In this document: positions 14,130 to 27,135 of the stretch, piece by piece
Layout of the letters: every line of letters begins with the position of its first letter
How positions within the stretch are numbered: the first letter of the stretch is position 1
Assembly (NCBI GenBank): GCA_965202585.1
Contig: OZ241829.1
Location: 84,134,001 to 84,198,000 of the forward strand
Direction of reading: 5' to 3'
Length of the DNA: 64,000 nucleotides
DNA from: Thalia democratica
Lineage: Eukaryota
Translations under genes and position numbers: made by a program
The notes under the pieces: model-generated
Told to the model about the DNA's origin: nothing
What the model saw: the letters and a program-made list of their open reading frames with translations, nothing else
Database searches by the model: none

Positions 14130-15285
14130 GCATTAAAATCACCCAGAATAACAAGTTGATCGTTTTTTGGCAGTTTATTCACTACGAGATTTAACTTTTC
14201 ATAAAAAGTATCTTCAATTTGCTCGTCAGTGTATAGCGTATGCGCATATACACTAATAAGGGTCGCTGTTCCTTTTTTGGTGTGTAAACGTAGAGTAGCA
14301 ATACGTTTGTTTCCGTCACCGACTTCTACATGTTGTAAGAGTGTATTCTTGACAGCAAAACCAACACCATATTCTTTACGTTCTTCAACAGACTTACCAA
14401 ACCAGAAGAAAGTAACTTTTTTTTCTTTAATTGAGCCTTGACCAGCAAGGCGCGTTTTTTGAAGAGCTGCAATATCAACTTTAAGACGAAGAAGTTCGTT
14501 ATTTATAATAGCAGTTTTTCTTGCATCATTTATGTTTTCGGGGTCCATACCAGTAGTCATGGTACGAACGTTCCAGCTTCCCAGTTTAAGAGTGGGTCTC
14601 TTTTTACGTTTATGTTTGTCAGGTGACATAGTTTCAGTTTACTTTTAACTTAAAGCTATCCCCATTCACCCGATGGAGGAAGGTAAACTGTGGCGGAACA
14701 ACACCTCATTGGCTGAGGGCTGCTCAGCTTAAGGCAGGCGGTGGTTGTTCAGTGGAACTAAAAAATTCCTCCTACCGACGAATACGACCCCTGGCGCCCA
14801 TCCTTTCGCCGAACAGGATTAGGCTTATCACCGGTAACTGCCGTTTTCCGTGTTGTGTCTTCGCGAAAAACCTGCGAAACTGGAGTAAACCTCCAAGCAC
14901 AAAGCCAGGGCATAACATTGAGATTCCAGCTGTTGCCCATGCAGCAGGATCTCACTCTCCACAGTGAGAAGAGCTCAGCGAAACAGCAAAGCTGTTACAG
15001 CCAAGATTCATCATTGTCGCAGGAGCTGCCGGAATGACATTGAATACAAAGTCAGACCGCCTACGTGGCTCCGACTACGGCTTTTTGATCAGAGTTTTGC
15101 ATCTCATAGAGGAATAGAAGTACAGTTCTTCGGAGTTTTCCCCCGTGTTTAAGACTTTACCATGTCTGATTTTTCCTCAGGGTTTACTCCCGAAGCCTTT
15201 GCTTAGCCAAAAGCAACCACAAGGCAGTTGTGGTCGGCAAAGGTTTTACAGAGCTGATGCTAAAACAGCTCCAACCCCAAGGGGA
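14130..15285 (-). mobile_element. RTE-clade LINE, 5' UTR plus partial APE domain (copy 2)
   Basis: ORF 14060..14629 reads LKLGSWNVRTM...DIAALQKTRL...GVGFAV...LISVYA...LVILGDFNA, then breaks off at 14130. It is nearly identical to copy 1, which lacks the LQKTR codons. Confidence 0.9.
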
Positions 15286-16565
15286 GATCATGAAAGTTCT
15301 TCAGGGATCTTCTGTGTCATCTTTGTGATCTTCTGTGTCATCTTTGTGATCATCTGCTTATGTTCATCAGTTCTTCTTGCTACTGAATTGTTGCTGAACT
15401 CAAATTCATTACTCATGCTCACACCTTTGTCTGAGTGCCCATCAACATAGACAACAACAAACTTTTGTTAAGTGGATACAAGCATTTGTGCTTTCTTGTT
15501 GAACATTTGAAAGCAAACGTCAGTATTCCATTTCTTTAGTTGATTCTCAAAGCATCTTATTCAAATAGAATCATACACTGAAATATCATACACTGAAATT
15601 CATACACTCATCTGAGAATTTTTGTTAGAGCTCTTATTACTAGCTTGCAATTTTTAGATCAATTTCTAAGCTTACTTAGTGCAAAGCACAACAACATCTA
15701 AAGAAAATTTTAAAAATGCAATGCACCAATATAAAGTTTTTGAAAGTAAAATTTTGTGCTTCTATTTTTTTAGCACTGAGTGCTCCGCCATTCTTTCAAA
15801 AATATTGATCATATGTTCAACAAAGTACGTCATTAACGGATGTTTCTTAGTTGCATCACGATCTTATCTTTGCTGCTGAAGTTCTATTATGTCGCTGGTC
15901 TTCAAATAGAAGAATTCTTCCATCGTTTAGACACGAACAACTTCTACTGAGAAAACTGAACACGCACGTTCCGGTTGGTTGATTCTTCAAAAATATTTCT
16001 GTTGATCAAGCATCATCTGTACTGCAGTATATTGATACCGCTGTAAACACTTTGATAACATTCTAATTACATTCTCTTGTGTCCTTTTTTCTTCTTAATC
16101 AAATGGTTTATTTTTCTCACTCTGTGCTTCGCACATGACTTTAAAGTTTTTTTGAAACTTTTTATTTTTTCTTTGCTTGCGTCTATTTTTGTCTTCAAAT
16201 CTTTGGTAAGATGGCTTATATCTTTCTTTAGTTTGAAATATTGTTCCGGAAGATAATAATTCGTAGAGCTATTTATGATAGACTAACTAAGTATTTAATC
16301 ATTGGTGTATAATTTTTAAAATAAAATTAAGTATGTCTCTGAAACAATTTTATTCCTGATTTTCCTCTTTCATTCCCAGGTTTGTGACTTTGGTAACTTG
16401 TCCTTTTTTAAGACGCTTTTTATTAATTAATTGATAGCAGTTTTTAGATCATATTTTGAAACTATAGTTTTGAAAATTTCTTAAGTTCGGTCACTTTAGG
16501 TCTTTGCTACTCCGACTTTTATAGACTTTTTTTTTCCTTTTCAGAGTTAAAAGATTGAAATTGAT
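14130..16565. repeat. ~2.4-kb direct duplication, copy B (pairs with 6528-8930)
   Basis: Colinear with copy A throughout. Confidence 0.9.
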
Positions 16566-18299
16566 ATTTTAATAGTGTTATGCAGTTTTCTGCAGTAGCT
16601 ATAGTGGAAAACCTGTAACAGTCAGTGTTACTAACAAAATATCCAAACCTTGCAAGTTAAACTTGTAATATGAAAATAATAAAATAACTTTTCGTTAGTT
16701 TAGTATAATTCCGAGCAATAGCTTGTAAAACCTCCATCACAGTTCTTTCTCCACTTCTTTTTAAACTGTCTTTTTCAGACGGTTATTCAAAGCAACATAT
16801 TTACTTTTTATTTTTTTATGCGGGAAAGTCAGCTTGAAGTCAGTTGACTTTGTGAATCTGTTTTCTTTTCAGCGCCTTTTTACAATTAAAACCATAGGAT
16901 TACCACATGATATTACAGTCTATGCAATATACTCCAATTAATCTTTATATTACTTTTAAGGTTTTCAAACATATTAGGTGTTGGCTCAGTGATCATTTCG
17001 ACACTACTTCAATTGTTTGAATTTTTAATATTTAAACATTCTTAGTAAGAAAGTCTAACCAATTTGCAGATTTCTTCGGCCTATTAGTTGAAGGTTGTTG
17101 TAGGGAGGTTGTTTGTCTCAGCAATAATCCACATAAATCTCAATTAAGAATATAAAATAAGCAGGTTGCTGTGACCCATACATCACCTGGTTTAGTTATT
17201 ATTAATTCAATTAGTTTTTAAGTGTTAATGAGTAAATACAAGATTGTATTGAAACAATTTTGGTGACATTATCTTTTTTCTAAGACTCTTTTCTTTAAGT
17301 TAGTTAACAGAGATTTTAATTCATACTGGAATAGGGACCTACTTCTTAGCAAATCATTAAATAATGAAATTTTCAGAAACTTACTTGAAATCTTCTAAGA
17401 TAAATATTATTAAAAATTTCTCAAAAAAAAAAAACAGTTTGTTTTTAATCTTATTTCTAGATTATGACCAGTGAATAAAAACATTTTTACAGTGTCTTAT
17501 TTCAAGTTGTTTAATTACTAAAACTAACTATTTCGATAGATAGTTTAACCAAAATTCGGATGTTATTCCTAAATGGGTTAAAGGTCTTTAATCGCTCCTG
17601 TACATATGCCTCTTCGCTTAGCAGATGACTTCTTAAGTTTTTTTTTTAAGACTCTTTTCAATGCTTGCGTCTTCAAATCGTAGGTAAGCTGTGTAGATTT
17701 TAGTAATATACTAAAAGCGTTTACATTGACTCGTCTAGTGACGTCATTATTAATTTTTGAGTTTATTAAAAATTCATTAGACCTGTTCTCAGTTTTCTCT
17801 ATCTGAACCGTAATTCATTTTTATACAAGTTTTTCAACGTAACTGAAATGCACTGCGTCAACTTCTTTGTAGGTTAAGCATTTGTATTTGTTTATTAAAA
17901 TTTAAATAAGAAAGGGTAGGGTGATTTCTGTTTTCAAATATCCTTATAGATTATACTAGATTTAAATTTCTATATTCTATGTTATGTACAAACTGTTGCA
18001 TATGAAAACTAATAACTTTTTAATTGTTTATATAAACAAAACAATATGTATGTAATGCTTTCACACTATATGCAACCTTAGTGTTAAGAAGAAAGTGAAA
18101 TCATTTGAGTGTTGTTTGAAGTCCACCAGAAAACTGGAACAAGACATTTTGATAATGTTTTTTTATAATAAAATAAAAAGTCTAAAAACCTGTATTGCAT
18201 ACCAGCTACCTTCAACTTGACTGCTGTGTAAATAGTGCTATTGTGGTAGAGGGTAAGAATCAACGTGTCCATTGTATACTAATAGGTCGCTCATAAGTA

Positions 18300-18620
18300 A
18301 TTTTCTGCAAATTGGTCCAAGCGTGTTTATCATGACCATAGTTGCCTTGTTACGTTTTAGCGTTGCCGATGAATGTGCAACTCCAAGTATTTTCATTTAT
18401 CAGGTGGTTGCTTTCATTCATGTTTCCATGAAGAGCTTGCTGCAAGGCTAGCCTGACTTCCGTCTGACGTTTGTTTTTCTTGAGATATTTATCCAACTGG
18501 ATTTCGAAGATTTCCTTATCCTTGATTTGACTTAATAAACTGTTGTTTATAAAAACAAACGAACCCGCGCTTTGCATTTTCAACCAGTTTTTGAACACAA
18601 TCCCTTGCAGTTCCAATGTT
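18300..18620 (-). mobile_element. Fragment of the recurring transposon family (QLDKYLKKNKRQTEVRLALQQALHGNMN segment)
   Basis: The same segment recurs at 22380-22480, 23170-23400 and 59760-59900, with different neighbouring sequence in most copies. Confidence 0.6.
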
Positions 18621-20539
18621 TGACACTAGTATTGTTTGTTTTGCGTTCAACATAGTATTTTTGTATTTCACCTTAGATGTTATAAATGATACTTATAAAC
18701 TTGTGGAGGGCCACAAAATATCCAAATATTACCATTAATTTCATTATTTTTTGTTTTGTACCTTATTTGTGTACTCGAGTTATAAATGCAATATATATAA
18801 ACTATGACAAGCGCTCCAAATTTGGTCCAGTTTGCCTTCGTTTAGGTGAAAAGGACCCTGCTGAAAACCACGGAAACCTAAAAAAATATCCTTGCATCCG
18901 TTAAAGTGTATCTGGTGGGAATTGGTATTCAAACTTTTCTTCAATGAATTTTTTTTTCTAGTAACATTCTAATATATCAATTGAAGCTTTAGTGGTGTTC
19001 ACCTAAGTACTGTGATCTATTTTCAACAAATTATTAGAAAAAAAAAGAGCAGAAATTCTTGAAAATTTTTACCGCTGTCACTGCAACCAAATCTTGTTTT
19101 CCTATTCTTATTGGCGTTTAGTTGATTTCGTTGTAACGTTCTTGATAACTCAATACTTTATTAATTGAACCTTTCCAACAAGGACGTTACATCCCTTGAC
19201 TGAGCACACTAAGGTGATTGCCTTCAATAAACATTCTTGGTAGTTTATTAATAAACATTCTCTTAAATTTTTTCTACTCTTAACACAAGTTGTGTTGCCA
19301 TACTAACTTTACCTTTTTGCCTTGGCTTCCTCCTGAATAAATTTTCCAACATTAGCTGTAGTCAACTTTGCTAGACAGATCTCTATATACGCGCCAAAAA
19401 TCCTCTATATTTTTGTATAAGAAGCTCAAGTATTGCCATGTCCCTTTTCCCCTCCAGCAAAACTAAACAAGCCTAATAAAAGTTATTAACTTAAGTTTAT
19501 TATACAAACAAAACTTCTTTTAACTTTAAAACAATAATATGTATATTTTATTTTAAATTAACGTTTAATCTTAATTCTTTATTATTTAATAAAATTCTAA
19601 ATGTTTTATCCATACTTAAATAAACCATAAAAATCTCATCATTGCTAACATTTGACTCAAAAGAATTATTAAATATGTTCTAAACAAAATAAATAGGACT
19701 TCACTGTGTTAATGACTACGTAAATTTTATGTAATTTTAATACTTGCTAGTTCTAGTAGTAACCACATTTTGCGCCATTTTGCTTTTTAATTGATTAATG
19801 TAAATAATAAACTTACTGAGAACTGTGCACATTTGAATTTGGCAACTACTTAAAATTATTATCGAAATAAGTTATCTTCAGCATCCTTGGCCTGAATATT
19901 GTCTCCTTGATTTTTAAGGATGTCTTTGGCTTTTCCATCTTGAAAAGCTATTGATTTCAGATAAATTTCAGATGGACTCTCCTGAATCTTCAACAATTTC
20001 TTCACACACTTGTAACACAATTTCCTGAGTTTTATGTTATATTAATATGGTATATTAGGTACTGACTTTATTTGTTAATGTATACCTTAAAATCTTTTAC
20101 AAAGAGTGATTTCCAACTGTAAAGCTCATCGCAGATGTTTTCTTAACTTAAAAATTCTGTAGCTTATTAAAGGCCTCGTCGACCATATCGGCACTGCAAA
20201 TTAAATACATAACAGTTTAAGTGTTTATTGCAAAAAAAAAAAGAGACTTGTACCTCATTCCAAATATTTCAGTAATAAACTTATTACTTTCTTTAACTGC
20301 TTTTGTCTTTGCTGTAAATAAGGGTTAATAAATTATTTAAAAAACAAAACACTATTTTTAGTTCAAAACAATTACTTTTGTTCATGGAAACAACTGCTAA
20401 GTGGTAGAATATCTTCTTTATGTAGTTGTAATCACGTGCCATCATCATTTGACATAAATCTTTTTTTGACCTGCTTTTTAAGCTCCGGTGGCATTACGCC
20501 TCCTTTGTCTCTTACATCGTCTTTTTCTTTTGGATTGTC

Positions 20540-21000
20540 GAAAAAACGTTTCCAGAAGTGAAGATTGAGCATATATGCAATACTGCTTTAATTGACTCGT
20601 TCAAAACCTTTATCGAAGCACACGGCTCTAAATAAATTTTTAAATTAAGTTTTATAACGTAATCATTGTTTTAGTGCTAGTTTTCAGCTACCTCTATTAT
20701 TAAGTGCTTCGTAGCAAACTTTTCTATATAAGTTTAGTGACATTTCGTTGAAAGTTTGACATGCAGCTCCTAGTATTGGAAGACTGTAGTCAGTCTCTAC
20801 GTGTCTTTTCACCGCTTTTCCTAAATATATTCTATTTTTAGCATTTTTCAAAACAGTTAAGTCTTAATAAAACTTAACCATTTGAGACTTGTAGCAAATC
20901 TTCATTCATTTTAGACAAGAAATGGCAAAGTGTAATTTTGTTTGTCTGAACGCTCATCATCTCAGCAATCACCAAGGGTGGGTGATTGCTGGATTTTTTT
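20540..21000 (-). mobile_element. MULE (NOF/FB-NOF-like) transposase core remnant
   Basis: In order on the minus strand: NHPPLVIAEMMSVQTNKITLCHFL (~20990-20900), VETDYSLPILGAACQTFNEMSLNLYRKVCYEAL (~20805-20700), and LHICS/HFWKRF (CxxH, frameshifted, ~20600-20545). Order and wording match the Mutator-like D...D...C(2)H core of NOF-type transposases as recalled, not searched. Confidence 0.6.
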
Positions 21001-21062
21001 GAGTATATTTTAGCTCGTTTATCGTTGCCTATAAATATAGTTCATATATTGAGTAATTTTAA

Positions 21063-21278
21063 AAGTATATGTTGTTACTTTTAACACTATTGTCTTTCTT
21101 TGTAATTACTTCCACTTGGGTGCATTGAGCTATTTCTAACAAATATTGTTGATTTCACAAGTTGACAAGTATATGTTGTTACTTTTAACACTATTGTCTT
21201 TCTTTGTAATTACTTCCACTTGGGTGTATTGAGCTGTTTCTAACAAATACTGTTGATTTCACAAGTTGACAAGTATAT
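21063..21278. repeat. Tandem duplication, period 104 bp
   Basis: aagtatatgttgtt...gttgac occurs twice (starts 21063 and 21167) plus a partial third start at 21271, with 3 substitutions seen. Confidence 0.95.
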
Positions 21279-22148
21279 CAATTGAAGATAAGTTTCGTCC
21301 CTTGTGATTGGGTTTTTAAGCGAGCTAAGTTCCACTTCTTCAAAACCTCTTCGAAATATTAAAAAAAATGTACAATTGAATACTTTTTGATAAATTCTCC
21401 TTGACATGTGTTTTTAAATGTTTTGAAGTTTGCCCGATATAGCAACTTTAACAGAAAAACTTGTGGAGGACCACAAAATACCCACATGTTACCTTAAATT
21501 TCATTTTTAGAGAGGTATTTTTTAGATTTACCTGCCTTCTACAACTTTCCAAAGAATCAAATTAGTTTTCTAAATTAAATTTTTTTTTTCTTAATCAACC
21601 CCAAAAAGAGTTGATTATAAATCAAAATTTTCAATGAAACTGGGTTTTTCCACACACTTGAAAATTTTTATCCTTTATCGTTGGAAAAATGCTTGCTACA
21701 AGTTATTTGATGTCATACCCTTGACGTACTTAAATTTTAATTGATGGATAACTTTGTTACTTTTGCATTTGATATTTCATTCGAATTGTCTGAATTGTTT
21801 TCTACCAATGACCAATAATTTGATGCTTGTTCAATGAAGAGAATGACCAATAGTTTTTATTTCCCATTCCTTATCAAATACCCATGTGCTTTTAGGTTTT
21901 AATGCTATTGCATTAGGATCCGTGCGATTATGTTTCTCTGCAAACAAACTCACTGTATCTAGTCCAAGCAGAATTTCTCATTGGATCCATAATGTACCTT
22001 ATTGTATTTGTCAAACATAAAAAATATCAAGTGTTTCAGCCCATTTACAAATCTATTTAAATCCTATTAATTGCTGTAGTTTAACATTACATATATTTTT
22101 ACAGCAAATTTTAAAATTTTCTTCATCAAGGCACAAATTTCTTCTAAT

Positions 22149-22470
22149 TTACAGTATTACCTCCTTTGGTGATAAATGTAGATATAGGAACTTAATTATG
22201 TTACTACTTTTTTGAGCTCGTTTTTTTACCTCAATGTCTAATTCTAGACCACTCTCTGATGTCCATTCCAATTTAGGCCTAAATACTTTCCCAAAATGAC
22301 CATCTTTTGTGAGTAAAAACTTAAAGGGTTTATATGATTTGTTCTTTCCCTCAGTTATAGCTAAAAAGTTTTTGAATGTATGACTTCCATTCATGTTTCC
22401 ATGAAGAGCTTGCTGCAAGGCAAGCCTGACTTCCGTCTGACGTTTGTTTTTCTTGAAATATTTATCCAAC
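22149..22470 (-). mobile_element. Recurring family fragment with a His-box-like motif (FLLTKDGHF..VFRP..W); second copy at 59410-59955
   Basis: ORF 22149..22469 and the diverged copy at 59410-59640 are both joined to the QLDKY...HGNMN segment. Confidence 0.5.
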
Positions 22471-22744
22471 TGGAATTATAAGATTTTCTTCTTCCTAATT
22501 TGTCTTGATTAACTGTTGTTGTTTGTAACTGGAAGGTTGTTTGTGTCAGCAATAATCCACGTAAATCTCAATTAAGAAAATAAAGTAAGCAGGTTGCTGT
22601 GACCCATACATCACCTGGTTTATTTATTATTAATCCAATTAATTTTTAAGTTTTAATGAGTAAATACAAAATTGCATTTAAACAATTTTGGTAACATTAT
22701 TGTTGACATTGTGCTGAATGTTATTTTGAGATAGTGCTTTTAAA

Positions 22745-22835
22745 ATGTATCTTTGAAATATTTGACGATCTCATTAGCAATTTATTTGCTTTCTGAGATG
22801 AAGACATTGTCATCGACAAATCTTGTAATTAGCAT
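22745..22835 (-). mobile_element. Short RT motif-C fragment (PLE-like)
   Basis: MLITRFVDDNVFISESK*IANEIVKYFKDTF; a single motif only. Confidence 0.4.
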
Positions 22836-23105
22836 TACTTAGCATGTTTTCTTTACTTTTAACATGATGAAATTCAATGTTAGCAATTTCTATTTGTGAA
22901 CTACATCTTAACAACATGCATTTTTATATAGATACAACAAGTAGAAAACCTTTCAGCTGGAATCAAGTCATTCTCAAATTTCTGCAACAGGTCCATCTTT
23001 TCACTTATGTGAAACTTGTTGTGAACTGGAAAACCAGTTATATACACTGAAAACTAGATCATTGATCAAGTTAACTAAACAAAACGTATAAGAAACCTTC
23101 TTACC

Positions 23106-23162
23106 TATAAAACTTGTACTCGTAGTATCTGTGCTTTCATCTATGTACAATGAGCAAGATTT
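23106..23162 (-). mobile_element. hAT transposase first-Asp motif fragment
   Basis: KSCSLYIDESTDTTSTS, matching the hAT SL.xDESTD motif. Confidence 0.5.
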
Positions 23163-23910
23163 TATTCATAGGTCGCTCATAAGTAATTTTCTTCAAATTG
23201 GTCCAAGCGTGTTTATCACGACAATAGCTGCCTTGTTACGTTTTAGCGTTGCCGATCAATGTGCGACACCAAGTGTTTTCATCTATCAGGTGTTGATTCT
23301 ATTCATGTTTCCATGAAGAGCTTGCTGCAAGGCTAAGCTGACTTCCGTCTGACGTTTGTTTTTCTTGAGATATTTATCCAACTGGAATTCGAAGATTTTC
23401 TTCCTAATTTGACTTTATAAACTGTTATTGTTTGTTACTGGGAAAGCGCGTTCATGTCTTTTAGTATGAGAATGAGCTTTCAAGATGCTATTTTTTGAAA
23501 GAAGCTCTATTTTGCATCACTTGGAATATGCTTTTGTACCACTTTGAGTTGGAGCAATCCAATCTATAGAGTAAAACAATTCTACTTAAATTTGACATAA
23601 ATCTTTTTACTTATATCACCTTAAACATAATAAAAACAACTAAGCATCAAACCATTTATTCTTTTAATAATTATAACGCTTGAAATCATTTTAACTCTTA
23701 AGTTGTTCATAGGTACAGTATTACTCTACATATGATTCTTTTTAACCTGATTTTCGAAGCAATATCTTCAAATTGTCCAAAAATTGATTCAAGTGTTTGA
23801 AAATTGATTAGTAAAGGTATTAACAGGGACTTTTTCTTCATCTTCTTGAAATGGTGATTGTCAAGAACTTTCACTAAACACTGGTGACAATATTTCCTCA
23901 TCAGCATTGT

Positions 23911-24619
23911 CTAGTTAGTCTTAGTTGCATGGCGTCCCATTTCTTTACTTTCAATAAAGGAAATTATATCAAATGATGACCTGGATAAAATATCTTCAGT
24001 ACTGAGAACTTCTCTTCTTATATCATCGTCCCCAACGCCAGCAAGCATCAAGTCTTTTATTGCTTCTTCTGTGTAGCTCGTCACATTTCTTTTCCCACAG
24101 TCACACTCACTGACTGTAGTGAAATTGCAGGTTTCTGCTTTGCTTCGTACACGTGTGGCAACCGTTCTAAACGGTTCATCATGATCCTGATGTAGGTTCA
24201 TAAGTTCTGCTCTCTTTACACCAATAGCAACTTTTATGTCTGCAATCGACTCCATCAGTTTAGCAACGTAACTTTCTGATTTGGCCATGAGTCGAGGATC
24301 ACTTGCTAACATATGATCGCCAAGCTTGTCCTGCGCACACTGAAAAAGCTGTATGTTTGCATTTTGGTTGCTTATGTTTGAACCAATCTTGAATGCCTCC
24401 CACCTCCGAATGAAAGCAAGCCAATGTCTCTTGGCTGATCCCCCGGTCAACCCTTGGTCGAATCAATTGAGGTGCATTTGGCATTACTCCATTATTGGAT
24501 AACCCAGAATCTTGCTGATGCTCCACTTTGTGGAGGTTGAGAAGGCTACTCACTACATCACCGGATAGATCTGGCATCTGGAACTCGCATCCACGGATTG
24601 GGCAGTTTAGTACAACCAT
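23911..24619 (-). mobile_element. Ty3/Gypsy LTR retrotransposon gag, frameshifted and truncated
   Basis: Two overlapping ORFs join near 24445. They give an N-terminal CP..GC...LL.LH..EH, then RPRVDRG/W.AFIRRWEAFK...QLFQC...RAEL..L.QD.DEPFR....RVRSKAETC...KD.MLAG..D.DIRREVL, the gag pattern of invertebrate Gypsy elements. No pol follows. Confidence 0.75.
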
Positions 24620-24650
24620 TTTACTTTTCTCAAATTGTTAATAAAATTTT

Positions 24651-24778
24651 ACATGAAGAATAACTCCTTGTCAATATAGTTTAATAATTTATTAACAGTG
24701 TAAACTCTGAAACGAAAGCAAGTATAAATATAAACACTAAAAATGAGCTATAGTCGAATTATTCTACATTCTTCATGT
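24651..24778 (-). promoter_or_regulatory. 11-bp inverted repeat in the Gypsy leader (candidate self-priming PBS)
   Basis: On the element strand, ACATGAAGAAT (24778-24768) and its exact complement ATTCTTCATGT (24661-24651) lie just upstream of the gag start at 24619. Confidence 0.45.
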
Positions 24779-24879
24779 TCTTTTAACTTTAAAAGTTAAA
24801 GATAAAAGTTGGTCGACGAAATAATCCCCACTCACACCAGAACAATTGTATGTTCACTTTTTTAATATTTGAGACTGGA

Positions 24880-25110
24880 GTACTCTGTGCCACCCTTATG
24901 AAGTTGGTATAAATATTTCTGGCATTTTCTCTTATAAATGCTATATATTGATCTTTTTCCAAATCCAATGTTATGTCTAGAAAATCCACTCAATTCACTT
25001 TTAATGTTTAGGTTGTATTCTTGAAATGTTTCTGTAATGGCTTACATTAGTAATTCAACTATTTTAGCGGATGATTTTCAACTATTAGCATACAGTCATC
25101 TTAAGACAGC
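24880..25110 (-). mobile_element. Naiad-type PLE RT fragment
   Basis: DDCMLIV (~25100) is followed by MDFLDITLDLEKDQY...ENARNIY. Confidence 0.6.
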
Positions 25111-26984
25111 TTTGCATTTTTATTAGTTTTGAACACAATTCCTTGCAGTTCCAATGTTTAACACTAGTGTTGCTTGTTTTGCGTTTAACATTGTAGTTAT
25201 TGCTTTTTACCTTATATTTTATAATTGATACTAAAAAACAAATGGAGGGCCACAAAGTATCAAACTGTTACAATTAGTTTTATTTAAAGGGGTAATTTTT
25301 ATTTGTTTGATTTTTGACAGATAAAACTATTGCACAATAGCAAACGAATTGGTATATAACCATGCCTATATAAAGTTTTGATATCTTTTCTTTTAGGTGT
25401 CAATAAATGTATAAGCTATTCAGATTTGACAACAAAAAATGTAATATTCTCTAAACCAGCAAATGTTTTACTTATGTATTTATTTTTCATCCGCGTTATC
25501 AACTATGTAAAAGGTAACTTCTTTCTCCTTAATGTTTTAAAGTTATGTTTATTGACTTCTTGCAATTTATTTTTGTGATCGAGTGAGAGTTAAACCTGTT
25601 TGTTAAGAATTTTAATAAATATGTTGCAACTAAATAAATTCCTGAAGTCTCCCGGCTATGATCGTTTGTAAGAAACAATTTTTAAAACAACTTTTACTCA
25701 TCATAAAAGTTTTTCTCTGATATCAAATGTTATATAAATATATTATCTGATATGAAATTCTGATTCAATTATTTCAGCTCTACTGCGAAGTAACTTGTTT
25801 TTGCATATGTAAGCTTTTCAAACAAATATTTGTTTCATTTTTAGAGTTATAGTAAAAGTGTGCTTTTCCTTGATATACTTAAAGCATATATATCTCAAAC
25901 GACAAAACATGCTTTTTTTATTCTCTTATGAAGAATCTTACTAATTCATCTGCAATCTTTCTAAATTCTGTTAAGAAACTGAAATCTTGTTCCATACTTT
26001 CTGTGAGTTTTTTCAAAGTAGTACGCATGTTGATTTAAAAAGTAGTATATAAAGTATAATTGATTTTAAAAGCATAATGAGTTTAGAAACTGCTACCTTA
26101 CTTATATGGGTTATTATCATAATTATTTAATAAAAATCGTTGTTTAAAAGAAAACTAGCTTATGTTAAGATGCTTTTAAGAACTGAACATGTTCATCTGT
26201 TCTCTTATCTGTTCTACTTTCAACGCTTTTACATTAGCAAAAAACCAGGATTATCACAAGATAACACATAAAACGTCTGTGTTACCTTTCAACCTGGTTG
26301 ACTTTATATACTGCTTTTCAAAACTTTAGGTGGTAAATTTGTTTGACAAAATTGTGTTCACTACTTAAATTGTTAATTTCATAATTTTTACAAGCTTCTT
26401 ATCTTCACACATAATTCCTCCTAATTTATTAATAAATGAATTTAATTAATAAACAACATAAGTCAAATGAACTGATTAGTAGATGCATATTTCCTCTCAC
26501 ACCATAACATTCTAATTTCCTTAGTAAGATATTTCTATTTACATGATCAAATGCTTTACTTAAATTCAAAAAAGACCGCACAGACTGTGTGCTCTTTTAA
26601 ACTTGGTCAGCCCCTTCAACAAATTCAGACAAAGCTTAAGTTGTGGTTTTTACCTTTCTGCGACTTTTTTTATTTTGGCAGGTCACGGAGTTGTTCCTTG
26701 AAAAACATTTTTATCAAAAGCATTGCAAATTCAATGCAGAGCAGGTGACAACTGGTGTCATCTTGTTGAAAAGAGTGATCAATAGTTTTTATTTCCCACT
26801 CCTTATCAAATACCCATGTGCTTAAAGGTGTTTATTTTTTTTGTTGCTGCATTGAAAATGCTATTTTTTTTTGTAGTGAAACTAATAAAGCATTACATGT
26901 AAAACATATTCTACTCAAATTGTTTACGAGCAGCTCGTAGCCCTAAACTCCTGATTTATTGTAAAGTCGTTCATTGCCACTTTC

Positions 26985-27135
26985 TCTCTTTCAGAGTGGG
27001 CTAATTGATGTTTTTTTCAGATTTGAAAATAAATCCTCACCAGCTTGATTAATTTGTAGGAATTCTACCTCTCCTATAGGTTTTACATAAATCCTGTCCA
27101 TAAAGGAACAATAGGAGCCCACTGTCTTAAGAAAT
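26985..27135 (-). mobile_element. MULE/NOF-like transposase catalytic-Glu region (copy of 60930-61111)
   Basis: Diverged nucleotide copy of the 60930-61111 segment. Confidence 0.5.

Noticed and set aside
22149-22340. GHFGKVF...VKK read as a protein-kinase glycine loop
   Set aside because: No HRD or DFG motifs follow, and the segment belongs to the recurring transposon family. A peptidase His-box reading fits that context better, though it is unproven.
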